Assembly: GCA_900617105.1 (NCBI GenBank)
Contig: UYFQ01000001.1
Coordinates: 2,976,001-3,040,000 of the forward strand
Source: Hydrurus foetidus
Lineage: Eukaryota
Length of the DNA: 64,000 nucleotides
Direction of reading: 5' to 3'
Program-made: the position numbers and the translations under genes
Shown: piece after piece, positions 18,594 to 28,209 of the stretch
Position numbering within the stretch: the stretch's first letter is position 1
Layout: each line of letters starts with the position of its first letter
Notes under the pieces: generated by a model
Seen by the model: the letters and a program-made list of their open reading frames with translations, nothing else
Told to the model about the DNA's origin: nothing
The model's database searches: none

Positions 18594-19576
18594 GTGTTTT
18601 AAACACACTGAGCGCGCTGCCGATTCAAATCGCCCCGCCAGACATCACGCGGTGGCAAAGCGGCTCTAGCGGCATTGCGTATGTGCATGAGCGCACTGCC
18701 GCGCAGCCCGGGCCAGACGTGCTGGTCACAGCGCTGGTGCACGGCAACGAATATTCAGGCGCAATTGTGGTGGCCGAGCTGCTGGCAATTGGTTGGCAAC
18801 CTGCGCGCGGTCGCGTGACTTTCGCGTTTTGTAATGTTGCCGCGTTTGCCAAGTTTGACGCTGCGCAGCCCGATGCCGCACGCTTTGTAGATGAAGACTT
18901 CAACCGCGTGTGGAGCGCCGCGCGGCTTGACGGGAACGAACAATCAACCGAGCTGGTTCGCGCCCGACAGCTCAGGCCGTTGGTAGACCGCGCCACACAC
19001 TTGCTTGACTTGCATTCCATGCACGAGCTGGGCGATCCGCTGCTGGTTACCGGCACGCTGCAGCGCAATATTGACTTTGCGCAGGCGTTGCAAACCGAGG
19101 CGCAAGCCATCATCGACACCGGCCATGCAGACGGTGTGCGCATGCGCGACTACGGCGCGTTTGCTGGTGCGAGCGGTGGGCAAATTGCGCTGCTGCTGGA
19201 AGCAGGCCAGCACTGGCAAGCGTCCAGCGTGGCCGTGGCACGCAATACGTTGGCGAGGTTTTTAGTCGCAGCGGGGTCGCTAAGTCAACTTGAAGCCGAA
19301 GCCAGCTTGCCCAAGGGTTGGCTGCAGCCCGACGTAGCCCCACCTCAGCCCGTGCAAGTGCTTCAAGCCGTAGTCGCCCAGTCAATGGATTTTGTTTTCA
19401 CAAAAGCCTTCACCGGCGGCGAAGTCATACCCAAAGCAGGCACCGTGATAGCCCACGACGCAGGCTGTCCCGTGGCAACGCCGCACGACCACTGCGTGCT
19501 GGTCATGCCGTCGGTTCGGCAATTGCGACCGGGGGTGACGGTAGTGCGGCTGGGGCAATATATTCAAGCCATTTAG
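18590..19576 (+). CDS. Succinylglutamate desuccinylase/aspartoacylase family protein
   Basis: VHGNE, DFNRVW, LDLHS, EAGQH; ATGA overlap with the Bug gene. Confidence 0.85.
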   Translation: MSVLNTLSALPIQIAPPDITRWQSGSSGIAYVHERTAAQPGPDVLVTALVHGNEYSGAIVVAELLAIGWQPARGRVTFAFCNVAAFAKFDAAQPDAARFVDEDFNRVWSAARLDGNEQSTELVRARQLRPLVDRATHLLDLHSMHELGDPLLVTGTLQRNIDFAQALQTEAQAIIDTGHADGVRMRDYGAFAGASGGQIALLLEAGQHWQASSVAVARNTLARFLVAAGSLSQLEAEASLPKGWLQPDVAPPQPVQVLQAVVAQSMDFVFTKAFTGGEVIPKAGTVIAHDAGCPVATPHDHCVLVMPSVRQLRPGVTVVRLGQYIQAI

Positions 19577-19625
19577 GGCTGTAGCCCAATGAATACGGAC
19601 GTAAGCAGCTATGAAATATGATTCA
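19558..19625 (-). repeat. Dispersed repeat, copy 6 (overlaps the gene end)
   Basis: Plus strand: GGCTGTAGCCCAATGAATACGGACGTAAGCAGCTATGAAATATG. Confidence 0.8.
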
Positions 19626-19703
19626 AAACGCATCTCGGCCGGCCTGAGAAATGCACCGGTACACACAATTGCTGAATTACTGCAATTGCGTTAAATTGCA
19701 AAT

Positions 19704-19937
19704 ATGCAAGTCCGACTCACTATTAACAGCCGCGGCGTGGTTACCCTGCCCGCCAAGATACGCAAAGCCATGGGCTTTCAAGCCAATGACCAACTGATCG
19801 CCGAAACAACAACCCAAGGCCTGTTGCTGCGGCCTACCGTGACCTTACCGCTAGAGATGTACACGCCAGACCGTGTGAAAGAGTTTGACGATGCCGAAGC
19901 CGACTTGGCCTTGCTGATGGCAAAGCGCGCTGTTTAA
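19704..19937 (+). CDS. AbrB/MazE/SpoVT antitoxin
   Basis: LTINSRGVVTLPAKIRKAMG...GLLLRP. Confidence 0.85.
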   Translation: MQVRLTINSRGVVTLPAKIRKAMGFQANDQLIAETTTQGLLLRPTVTLPLEMYTPDRVKEFDDAEADLALLMAKRAV

Positions 19938-19963
19938 TGCTTAGCCCCTAGGCTGCGCGCTCC

Positions 19964-20378
19964 ATGCGAATTTTTCTAGACGCAAACATTTTTTTCCGCC
20001 GCCAAATCAAACGGTGCCATTCACCAACTGATTGAGAGCCTAAAACTCGCGAAGCACGTGCTGGTAGCTGACACCTATGTGCAAGCCGAAGCGAGCCGCA
20101 ACATTACGGCCAAGGCCAGCGAGCAAGCCATTCGAGATTTGGACACGCTACTCGGCCAAATTGAAGTAAGCAATGTGCAATTTGCGCTGTCATCTCAGAC
20201 GCTCCAAGACGCCGCACGTTGGCTGCCTGAAAAGGATCGCCCCGTACTGCTGGCGGCGATGGTTTTAGCGTGTGATGTGCTGGTAACAGGCGACAGCACC
20301 CACTTTGGGGCTGGTTATGGCAAACGCTTTGAAGGCGTTACCGTTTGCTCGCCGCGTCAATTGGCTGAGCTTATTTGA
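19964..20378 (+). pseudogene. PIN-domain toxin, frameshifted in a T7 run
   Basis: MRIFLDANIF from 19964 continues as SAAKSNGAIHQL...KDRPVL...LVTGD in another frame; shift at 19989-19995. Confidence 0.8.
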
Positions 20379-20465
20379 TTTGGTTTGAAGGGCGGACTGA
20401 TAAGGGAAAAGAATTTGAATCTGACCCCAACTTCTCCGATTTCTCCGCAGGTTGATCTTTGCGGT

Positions 20466-20717
20466 TTAAGCGGCCAAAACATTAGGCGCAGGCACGGAGT
20501 CAAGCAAAAGCGTCTCAGGCGCAATGTCGATCCCACCCGGCCATACAACCGTGCCGTAGTTGACCTGCGCTTTGGCGAATAAGGCTGGTGCTGCAATTCG
20601 GCTCCATGGCTTCATCGCGAGCAGTGGCCGCATGTCAAACTGCCGAATTTCCCCATTCGCAAACGTCAACAAGAGCTGAAAGCTGGGCTGCGGTGTGACT
20701 GAAATGACATCCATCAT
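20466..20717 (-). CDS. DUF2442 family protein (second copy)
   Basis: LLLTFANGEIRQFDMRP...GTVVWPGGIDIAPETL. Confidence 0.85.
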   Translation of the reverse strand: MMDVISVTPQPSFQLLLTFANGEIRQFDMRPLLAMKPWSRIAAPALFAKAQVNYGTVVWPGGIDIAPETLLLDSVPAPNVLAA

Positions 20718-20725
20718 GCGTCTCC

Positions 20726-20995
20726 TTATTGCAATGGAGCAATACGAAATGGCTCGTCACCGTTAACGGCCAGTTCCCAATCCACCATCAACTCTTCTTG
20801 GTGAATTTCAATCCAGGCCGTTACCAGCTTGAGCTGTTTTGCCGGAATGATGCCACCTAACACCACGCCATCAGGTATGCCAATCACTGCCTCAGCGCCC
20901 TGGTAACGGACGTGAATGTGCGGCAGGTGATGTTGTCGGTTATCCCGAAAAAACATCAGCACCAAAATTCCGTAAAACATACTGATCGTTGGCAT
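20726..20995 (-). CDS. DUF4160 family protein (second copy)
   Basis: MPTISMFYG...HHLPHIHVRY...WIEIHQEELMVDW...IAPLQ. Confidence 0.85.
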   Translation of the reverse strand: MPTISMFYGILVLMFFRDNRQHHLPHIHVRYQGAEAVIGIPDGVVLGGIIPAKQLKLVTAWIEIHQEELMVDWELAVNGDEPFRIAPLQ

Positions 20996-21066
20996 GACCG
21001 AATTTTACTCGTCAGGTGTTGGTTTGAGCGCAAATGAACGGCAGTTGGCCTGAGCTGTCTTGCCAG

Positions 21067-21309
21067 TTAAAACGCTGGCAACGCTGATGCATCTTGAGCT
21101 AAATCTATATCGGCCATGGCTCGTTCTTCATCCACATCAAGCAGCGCACATTGCTCAGACAAACGCGTGCGCTCCAGACGCTGTAGCTGCGCTTCAAAAG
21201 CCTGCTCAATCGCCTCACTGCGGCTTGCGTAGTGCTCGTTTTGCACCCAGGCGTCGAGCCGATTGAGCACAAGTGGGCTAACGGTGATGGTTAGTTTGTA
21301 TTTGTTCAT
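21067..21309 (-). CDS. CopG/ribbon-helix-helix protein, probable orphan antitoxin
   Basis: KLTITVSPLVLNRLD...YASRSEAIEQA. Confidence 0.75.
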   Translation of the reverse strand: MNKYKLTITVSPLVLNRLDAWVQNEHYASRSEAIEQAFEAQLQRLERTRLSEQCALLDVDEERAMADIDLAQDASALPAF

Positions 21310-21449
21310 GGCGGGGAGTTTTTGTGCTGCCGAAACTGAGCTTGATGTCGTGAGCTTTTTGAATGCATCATTCAAGGATCTCACCCTCAGCTTTTCTTTA
21401 GCTCATCAATCTCGAGCCTGAACAACTACCAAAAAAGCAGCGTCAAATA

Positions 21450-22013
21450 TTACAGTTTGACCGAAAGGTTGACGAGTTCCCTTGTAAACGCCATAGGTGT
21501 TTCGGTAGTAGACCCCCTGCGAGTAACCCTTAATTTCCATACACGACGTTGAGCGATCCACATAAACAAATAATCATTTGTTCCTGCCCCATCGATATAT
21601 ACAGTGAACATATTGATTGTCACTTTAGTGGCTGGTTGGGTTGAAACGTCAAACGCAGCCGCAACTGTTGCGCGCGAGTTAGCACTTAGGGCGGTTGGCT
21701 CAGTAGCTTTGGCCCTTGCGAGGATTGCCTCAGCCGCTTGTTATCTATGCTTCTCAATCGACGAATCATTGATCGAGTCTGGCACTGGATTCAAGTCAGC
21801 AGCATAAACATACAGGGTGGCTGCGTAAGCACCCGATTGCGTGTATGCGACTCCAGTTCCTTCGCCCGTGCCTTGCTACTCAAAGTCTGTAATTCTTCCC
21901 TGAACGAAGCCAACAATTTCCAAGGGGAGTCGACTTACCGCCTGTGCGGATTCAGCGTCTGCGGCCCTGACGACAGTCATAGGAAAATTAAAAAGAGGGA
22001 CGACGAGGCAAAG
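21450..22013 (-). pseudogene. Hypothetical exported protein with two in-frame stops
   Basis: One continuous frame (LPLEIVGFVQGRITDFE*QGTGEGTGVAY...ATLYVY...KHR*QAAEAI...WKLRVT) with TAG at 21876-78 and TAA at 21741-43. Start uncertain. Confidence 0.6.
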
Positions 22014-22139
22014 CTTTGCGATTTGCTTCGTGCACTCGTCTTCCGAATTGCTTAAAGAAAATTTTTCCGGATTATCTGCGAGTTAATCGCGCAGATTTAG
22101 TACAGGCCAAATTTCACGTCCCTTGTAACGACGCGTCCA

Positions 22140-25109
22140 TCAACTCAAATGCTTGCCCACAATCCCGGCCAGCTCAAACATCGTGACTTGCGGCTTGCCG
22201 AATACGGGTAGCAGCTTGGCGTCGGCGTTGATGTTGCGTTTGTTGGCGCTGTCTTGCAGGTTTTCGGCTTTGATGTAGTCCCACAGCTTTTTGATGACCT
22301 GGGTGCGGGCGACTGGCTCGGCGCCTATGACTGCGGCCAAAGCGTCGCTGGGTTTGAGGCCTGAGCCTGGTTTGGCGACTCTTGCTACTTTTGGTTTGGC
22401 AACCTTTGCGGCCGGGGCTTTTTTGGCGGCTACTTTCTTGGCTGCTGGTTTGGCTGCTTTGCCTGCTGCGGTTTTTACCGCAACGGTTTTGCCGAACGGG
22501 GTTTTGATGGTCGCTGGGCCAGTCTTCGACGCTGCAGGCTTGCGTGGCGGGAACTTGGACGGTGCAAATTCGAAGTTGACTTTGCCTGCAGTAGCGTCCC
22601 ACGCCAGCATGGCCTTGAAAGCGCGGCGGGTGCGCATCGATACGAACTTGTCTAGCAAGTCGGTTTTGCCGGTTTCCAGAAGCTTGGTCATCTGCTCGCG
22701 CTCAATCGGCTGCTGCAAAATCACCTGGCCGCTTTTGAAGTCGCAGCTGGGGGTGGGTTGCGCGTGTGTGGGTACTGACTTGTCGCACACGTAGTTTTTA
22801 CCCAACTCGAATATCTGGCCGCCATTTGTGGCGCCGCACTTGGGGCATTTGCCCAGCGCGGTTTGCGCGCTGAAGTCCTGAATCTCGCCCGACTCGGCGT
22901 TTTTGTCGTCGCCAAAGTCAAATTCGAGTTTGAAGTTTTTGGTTTCTTCGTCGAACTTGATGACCATTTCAGCCGTGAATGGCCAGCCTGCTTTTGACCT
23001 GAAGCCATCAAGTGGGCCGATTTTTTTGTCCGTTAAAAACTGCTCAACTTCTGCGTTTTCAAACGTACGGCCTGCGGGTGTTTTTCCAAAGCTAAAACCG
23101 CAGCCCTCGGTTGCGCCAGCCTTGCCGGTGCACGTGTAGCGGCGGTAGTTTTCTTTGACCACGCCGCCGCAATTGGGGCACGGCGCGGCTAACGTGGCGT
23201 AGTCGCCGGGAATGCTGTCTTTGTCGTAGCCCTTGGCTTTGGCCACCATGCGCTCGGTCATGTCGGCGATTTCAGCCATGAAGGTTTCGCGGCTGAGCTT
23301 GCCTTGCTCCATTTGCGCGAGTTTGAATTCCCAGTCGCCCGTCAATTCAGCTTTAGACAGCTCCTGCACGTCCAGCCCGCGCAGCAGCGTCATCAGTTGA
23401 AACGCCTTGGCCGTAGGTATCAGTTCGCGGCCTTCGCGCAGCATGTATTTTTCAGCAATCAAGCCTTCAATCGTGGCGGCGCGAGTGGCAGGTGTGCCCA
23501 AGCCTTTTTCTTGCATGGCTTCGCGCAGTTCGTCGTCGTCGATGGTTTTGCCCGCGCCTTCCATGGCACCCAACAACGTAGCCTCGCTGTAGCGGGCGGG
23601 CGGGCGGGTTTTCAGGCCTTTGGCCTCGGCGACTTCAGTGCGCACCATTTCGCCGGGCTTGACGGGCACGAGTGATTTGCCGTCTTTGTCGTCGTCATCG
23701 GTCTGCGCTTCTTTGCCGTAAATGGCGAGCCAGCCCGGCTTGACGAGCACCTTGCCTTCGGTTTTGAAGCTGTGGCCCACTGATAAAGAAATGCGGGTCG
23801 TCACCAGGTATTCAGCCGACGGGTAAAACACCGCCATGAAGCGGCGCACCACCAGGTCGTACAACTTTTGCTCAGCCTCACTCAAACCGCTGGGCGCTTG
23901 CAAAGTTGGAATAATCGCAAAGTGATCGCTGACTTTGGCGTTGTCAAAAATGCGTTTGTTGGGCTTGATGTAATTGCCATTAAGCGCGACGAGTGCGTGC
24001 GGGGCCAAGTGCCGCATGCCGCTGTCGGCCAGCATTTCAAACGTCTTTTTAACTACCGGCAGATAGTCTTCAGGCAGCGCACGTGAGTCGGTACGCGGGT
24101 AGGTCAGGGCCTTGTGGCGTTCGTACAGGCTTTGCGCAATTTGCAGCGTGGTTTTGGCTGAAAAGCCGAACTTGCCGTTGGCCTCGCGCTGGAGTGATGT
24201 CAGGTCAAACAACTGGCCAGCGGCTGAGCTGGTGGGCTTGCTTTCTTCTGTAACCGTCGCGGCTTTTCCTCGCACAGCCTCGGCGATGGCAAGTGCTTCG
24301 CGCTGTGACCAGACGCGGTCGGCTTTCAGCTCGGCGTCGGGCTCGGCATTCTCGGCATTAGCGGCGGCCTTCTTCCACTTCGGGTCAAACCACTTGCCGG
24401 GGTATTCGCCTGCTTCGGCTAGAAACGAGGCGTGAATTTCCCAGAAGTCACGGCTGACGAACTTGCGGATTTTCTCTTCACGTTCCACAACCACCGAGAG
24501 CGTCGGCGTTTGCACCCGGCCCACGGTGGTTAAAAAGAAGCCGCCGTCGCGTGAGTTAAACGCCGTCATGGCCCGCGTACCGTTGATGCCGACCATCCAG
24601 TCGGCTTCGGATCGTGACCGCGCTGCATCAGCCAGGCCCTGCATTTGCTTTTCAGTGCGCAGCGTGTCAAAACCATCGCGAATAGCGGCGGGCGTCATCG
24701 ACTGCAGCCACAGGCGCTTGACGGGGTGCTTGCTTTTGGCGTACTGCTGGATGAGCCTGAAAATCAGCTCGCCCTCGCGGCCCGCGTCGCAGGCGTTGAC
24801 GATTTTGTCGACGTCTTTGCGTTTGGTCAGCTTGACGATAGCGTTCAGCCGCGTCTTGGTTTTGTCCATCGGCTTTAAATCAAAGTACGGCGGCAGCACG
24901 GGCAGGTTGGCAAAGCTCCACTTGCCGCGCTTGACGTCGAACTCTTCAGGCGCCTGAATCTCTACCAGGTGGCCCACGGCTGATGTGACCACCCAGTAGT
25001 CGCTTTCAAAGTACTCGTCGTGCTTTTCAAACTTGCCCACGCTCGGCGTCATGGCGCGCACGATGTCTTGCGCGACAGAGGGTTTTTCAGCGATGACGAG
25101 GGTTTTCAT
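22140..25109 (-). CDS. topB: DNA topoisomerase III with Lys/Ala-rich linker and C-terminal SWIB domain
   Basis: LVIAEKPS, DAGREGE, GRVQTPT, TYPRTDS; C-terminal KKLWDYIKAENLQDSANKRNINADAKL (SWIB). Confidence 0.95.
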   Translation of the reverse strand: MKTLVIAEKPSVAQDIVRAMTPSVGKFEKHDEYFESDYWVVTSAVGHLVEIQAPEEFDVKRGKWSFANLPVLPPYFDLKPMDKTKTRLNAIVKLTKRKDVDKIVNACDAGREGELIFRLIQQYAKSKHPVKRLWLQSMTPAAIRDGFDTLRTEKQMQGLADAARSRSEADWMVGINGTRAMTAFNSRDGGFFLTTVGRVQTPTLSVVVEREEKIRKFVSRDFWEIHASFLAEAGEYPGKWFDPKWKKAAANAENAEPDAELKADRVWSQREALAIAEAVRGKAATVTEESKPTSSAAGQLFDLTSLQREANGKFGFSAKTTLQIAQSLYERHKALTYPRTDSRALPEDYLPVVKKTFEMLADSGMRHLAPHALVALNGNYIKPNKRIFDNAKVSDHFAIIPTLQAPSGLSEAEQKLYDLVVRRFMAVFYPSAEYLVTTRISLSVGHSFKTEGKVLVKPGWLAIYGKEAQTDDDDKDGKSLVPVKPGEMVRTEVAEAKGLKTRPPARYSEATLLGAMEGAGKTIDDDELREAMQEKGLGTPATRAATIEGLIAEKYMLREGRELIPTAKAFQLMTLLRGLDVQELSKAELTGDWEFKLAQMEQGKLSRETFMAEIADMTERMVAKAKGYDKDSIPGDYATLAAPCPNCGGVVKENYRRYTCTGKAGATEGCGFSFGKTPAGRTFENAEVEQFLTDKKIGPLDGFRSKAGWPFTAEMVIKFDEETKNFKLEFDFGDDKNAESGEIQDFSAQTALGKCPKCGATNGGQIFELGKNYVCDKSVPTHAQPTPSCDFKSGQVILQQPIEREQMTKLLETGKTDLLDKFVSMRTRRAFKAMLAWDATAGKVNFEFAPSKFPPRKPAASKTGPATIKTPFGKTVAVKTAAGKAAKPAAKKVAAKKAPAAKVAKPKVARVAKPGSGLKPSDALAAVIGAEPVARTQVIKKLWDYIKAENLQDSANKRNINADAKLLPVFGKPQVTMFELAGIVGKHLS

Positions 25110-25140
25110 AAATACTTTTATACCTTTAGACCGGCGCGCT

Positions 25141-25203
25141 TTGTATGTGAAAAATAGCTCACTACAATCCGTTACTTCGTGCGCGCACGCACGCACACGC
25201 ATG
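25141..25203 (+). promoter_or_regulatory. Putative sigma70 promoter followed by a 26-nt alternating purine/pyrimidine tract
   Basis: TTGTAT (25141)-N16-TACAAT (25163); CGTGCGCGCACGCACGCACACGCATG at 25178-25203. Confidence 0.55.
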
Positions 25204-25242
25204 AATTAACGATACATCAAAAAAATTTAGAGGCAATTCGTC

Positions 25243-25914
25243 GTGTTAAAAAACCAGATTTCCGGCCGACACAAGGCCTCTAGCGCGCTTGACGCACGGC
25301 GAATTCAAACTCGCCGGTCAGGCGTGCACGGCAAGGGCGTATTTGCGCTGAGCGACCTGGCCGAAGGCGAAACCTTAATTGAATACGTGGGCGAAATCAT
25401 CAACTGGAAAGAAGCGCTGCGCCGCCACCCGCACGACCCCAAAGACCCCAACCACACGTTTTACTTTCACATTGATGCCAAGCATGTGATTGACGCCAAG
25501 CATGGCGGCAACTCGTCGCGCTGGATCAATCATTCCTGCAAGCCCAACTGCGAAGCCGACGAAGAAGGCGGCCGCGTGTTTATCAAAGCGCTGCGCAATA
25601 TTGAAGCCGGCGAAGAGCTGTTTTATGACTACGGCCTGATCATTGACGCCAAATACACGCCCAAGCTGCTGGCCGAATACCCCTGCTGGTGCGGTGCCAA
25701 AAAATGCCGCGGCACGCTGCTGGCACGCAAAGAAAAGCTTAAGGGCAAAGAAGCCAAGGCATTGGCCGATGTCAAAGCCAGCGCCAGAGCGGTGGTGAAA
25801 GCGAAAGCTAAGGCGCAGGCAAAAGAAGCTGCATCCGCGCAAAGCAGCACTTCCGCCAAGGCCGTAAAAGCCAAACCAGCCAAAACAAAAAAGTCGATAC
25901 GCAAAGGGGACTAA
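25243..25914 (+). CDS. SET-domain protein-lysine methyltransferase with Lys/Ala-rich tail
   Basis: SGVHGKGVFA, RWINHSCKPNC, GEELFYDY, post-SET CWCGAKKCRG. Confidence 0.95.
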   Translation: MLKNQISGRHKASSALDARRIQTRRSGVHGKGVFALSDLAEGETLIEYVGEIINWKEALRRHPHDPKDPNHTFYFHIDAKHVIDAKHGGNSSRWINHSCKPNCEADEEGGRVFIKALRNIEAGEELFYDYGLIIDAKYTPKLLAEYPCWCGAKKCRGTLLARKEKLKGKEAKALADVKASARAVVKAKAKAQAKEAASAQSSTSAKAVKAKPAKTKKSIRKGD

Positions 25915-25917
25915 GCC

Positions 25918-26838
25918 TTGCCGCAAAAACCCAGCCCACTAGCCGCGCGCCCAGAAGCCCTGCCGCGCATCACCTGGCCATTAAATGACCTCCGGCGCAC
26001 CATAGAACCCGACTTGCCGGGCTTTACCTGCGAGGTGCTGCTGGAAGTCGACTCAACCAATTCAGAGCTGATGCGGCGCTTTAAAGCGGGCCAGCTGGCG
26101 CCCACGCTGCTGGTGGCAGAGCAGCAAACCGCTGGGCGCGGCAGAGTGGGCCGGCAGTGGCACAGCGTGCGCGGCGACAGCTTGACGTTTTCGCTCGGCA
26201 TGATGTTGTCGCCAGCCGCGTGGTCGGGTTTGTCGTTGGCAGTGGGTGTTAGCTTGGCGGAGAGTTTGGACGAAAAGTGGGAAAACAGCGGTGCAGCCGC
26301 TGGCAAAGGTGCAATCGCGTCGCATATCGGCCTGAAATGGCCGAACGACTTGTGGCTGGCAGGGCAGATCGGAGGCGAAAGCAAGCTGGCTGGCGTGCTG
26401 ATCGAAACCGCCGTGTGGGAAGGCATGCGCTACGCCGTGGTTGGCGTGGGCATTAATATTCGGCCAGTGCAAATGCCGCCGGGCAAATCTGGCGCCACTG
26501 CGGCTGTGCCGCCGGGCCACCTTCAGCAGCTGTTGCCGTTGGCTGACGCCGCTGACGTGTTGCTGCGCGTAGTGCCGCCGCTGGTGCAGACCGTGCAGTC
26601 GTTTGCGCTGTTTGGGTTTGAACCATTTCAAGCCCGCTTTGCCCAGCGCGATGTGCTGGCTGGGCGCTGCGTTGACTTGTCTGACGGCGGGCAGGGCCAG
26701 TCACACGGCGTAACGATTGACGGCGCACTGAAAGTGCAAACTGAAAGCGGCATGGTGATAGTTGCCGCGGCTGAAGTGTCGGTACGGCCCGCCCGGCCGA
26801 CCGTCGGTGCTGCCCCGGGGGGTGCACCTGCATGCTGA
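25918..26838 (+). CDS. birA: Biotin-protein ligase
   Basis: DSTN, QTAGRGR.GR.W, LKWPND, KLAGVLIE, GVGIN. Confidence 0.92.
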   Translation: MPQKPSPLAARPEALPRITWPLNDLRRTIEPDLPGFTCEVLLEVDSTNSELMRRFKAGQLAPTLLVAEQQTAGRGRVGRQWHSVRGDSLTFSLGMMLSPAAWSGLSLAVGVSLAESLDEKWENSGAAAGKGAIASHIGLKWPNDLWLAGQIGGESKLAGVLIETAVWEGMRYAVVGVGINIRPVQMPPGKSGATAAVPPGHLQQLLPLADAADVLLRVVPPLVQTVQSFALFGFEPFQARFAQRDVLAGRCVDLSDGGQGQSHGVTIDGALKVQTESGMVIVAAAEVSVRPARPTVGAAPGGAPAC

Positions 26839-27500
26839 GGTTTATCGTCATGCTGCTGGTGCTGGCCAATTCACTTTACTTTGCGTGGAGCCGCGGCTAC
26901 CTGGCCGCTTACGGCTTTGCGCCCGTTACGCAGTCTGAGCCGCAGCGGCTGGCCCAGCAGATTCGGCCTGACGCCATGCGCGTGAGTACATTGACCGAGG
27001 CGCGCGCCGCCAGCCCGCCCGCTGTGCTGGCCCCTGCTGAGCCGGCAGCCGAATGTTTGCAGACCGGCGTCTACAGCGACGCGCAAAGCGAAAAGCTTGC
27101 GGCAGCACTGTCTATCGCTTTGCCAGCAGGCAGCTGGGCGCTTGAAACCGCGGTAGAGCCCGCCCGCTGGATTGTGTACATGGGCCGCTACGCCGACAGC
27201 GATGCCGCCGCTAAAAAGAAAAACGAATTGCGCGGACTCGGCGTGGCGTCTGAACTGGTCAGCGGCGCGCCGCTGGCGCCGGGCCTGTCGCTGGGCGCGT
27301 ACGCCACTGAGATTGAGGCCAATGCCGAGCTGTCGCTGGTGTCACGGCGCGGCGTAAAAACGGCAAAGGTCAAGCAAGAGCGTGCTGAGCTGCGTGGCAA
27401 GCGCCTGAAGCTGCCGGTTGTTAACGCCGCGCTGCGCAACCAGCTGGATGGTTTGAAGCCGCAACTGGCAGGCAAGACGCTGCAGACGTGCACCGCTTGA
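26832..27500 (+). CDS. SPOR-domain-type membrane-anchored protein
   Basis: N-terminal TM (LLVLANSLYFAW), EPQRLAQQIRP; typical birA neighbour. Confidence 0.75.
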   Translation: MLRFIVMLLVLANSLYFAWSRGYLAAYGFAPVTQSEPQRLAQQIRPDAMRVSTLTEARAASPPAVLAPAEPAAECLQTGVYSDAQSEKLAAALSIALPAGSWALETAVEPARWIVYMGRYADSDAAAKKKNELRGLGVASELVSGAPLAPGLSLGAYATEIEANAELSLVSRRGVKTAKVKQERAELRGKRLKLPVVNAALRNQLDGLKPQLAGKTLQTCTA

Positions 27501-27548
27501 GCTGGCGATAATTAGGCCAATGGATGGGTGCAGCAAGGTACGCCAAAC

Positions 27549-27614
27549 ACTATTAATACAATAGCTGCTCGCGCCTGTATTTATTAGGCTAGAGGCCGAC
27601 TGGGCACTCATTTT
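27549..27614 (+). repeat. Dispersed repeat, copy 7
   Basis: ACTATTAATACAATAGCTGCTCGCGCCTGTATTTATTAGGCTAGAGGCC. Confidence 0.85.
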
Positions 27615-27682
27615 GAGCCTTTTTTTGAATTTTGACGAGTTCTGAGCCAAGTTTTTTAACCCCTTACTGTTTCGCCCCTGTT

Positions 27683-28159
27683 ATGAAAATTGCAAAAAAC
27701 ACCGCCGTTACCCTTCAGCTAAAAGTCACCGACGCTGCGGGCAAAGTCATTGAAGATGGCAAGCAGCCCAGCGTGTACCTGCATGGCGGCTACGGCAACA
27801 CGCTGGAAAAAATTGAAGCCGCACTCGATGGGCAAGCAGCTGGCTACACGCTGGCACTAACGCTCGCCGCCGCTGATGCCTTTGGCGAACGCGATGACGC
27901 CTTGCTGCGGTCGCTGCCTAAAACACAATTTCCGCCGGGCGTGAAGGTCGGAGGCCAACTGGAAGGGCGCGGCGACGACGGCCACATGACGGTGTTTAAC
28001 GTCATGAAAATCAAAGGCGACACGGTGCTGCTTGACGGCAACCATCCGCTGGCCGGCAAGGTTCTGGCCTTCAACATTAAAGTGCTTGACGTGCGCGAGG
28101 CGTCTGAAGAGGAAATAGCCCACCAGCACGTGCACGGCGCGCACGGCCACCACCATTAA
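27683..28159 (+). CDS. slyD: FKBP-type PPIase SlyD
   Basis: YLHGGY, LDGNHPLAGK, His-rich tail. Confidence 0.92.
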   Translation: MKIAKNTAVTLQLKVTDAAGKVIEDGKQPSVYLHGGYGNTLEKIEAALDGQAAGYTLALTLAAADAFGERDDALLRSLPKTQFPPGVKVGGQLEGRGDDGHMTVFNVMKIKGDTVLLDGNHPLAGKVLAFNIKVLDVREASEEEIAHQHVHGAHGHHH

Positions 28160-28209
28160 AGAGCAGCTTTGGGGTTAATAATTTAGTATTTTTAGCCTTT
28201 TTTTGGCCC

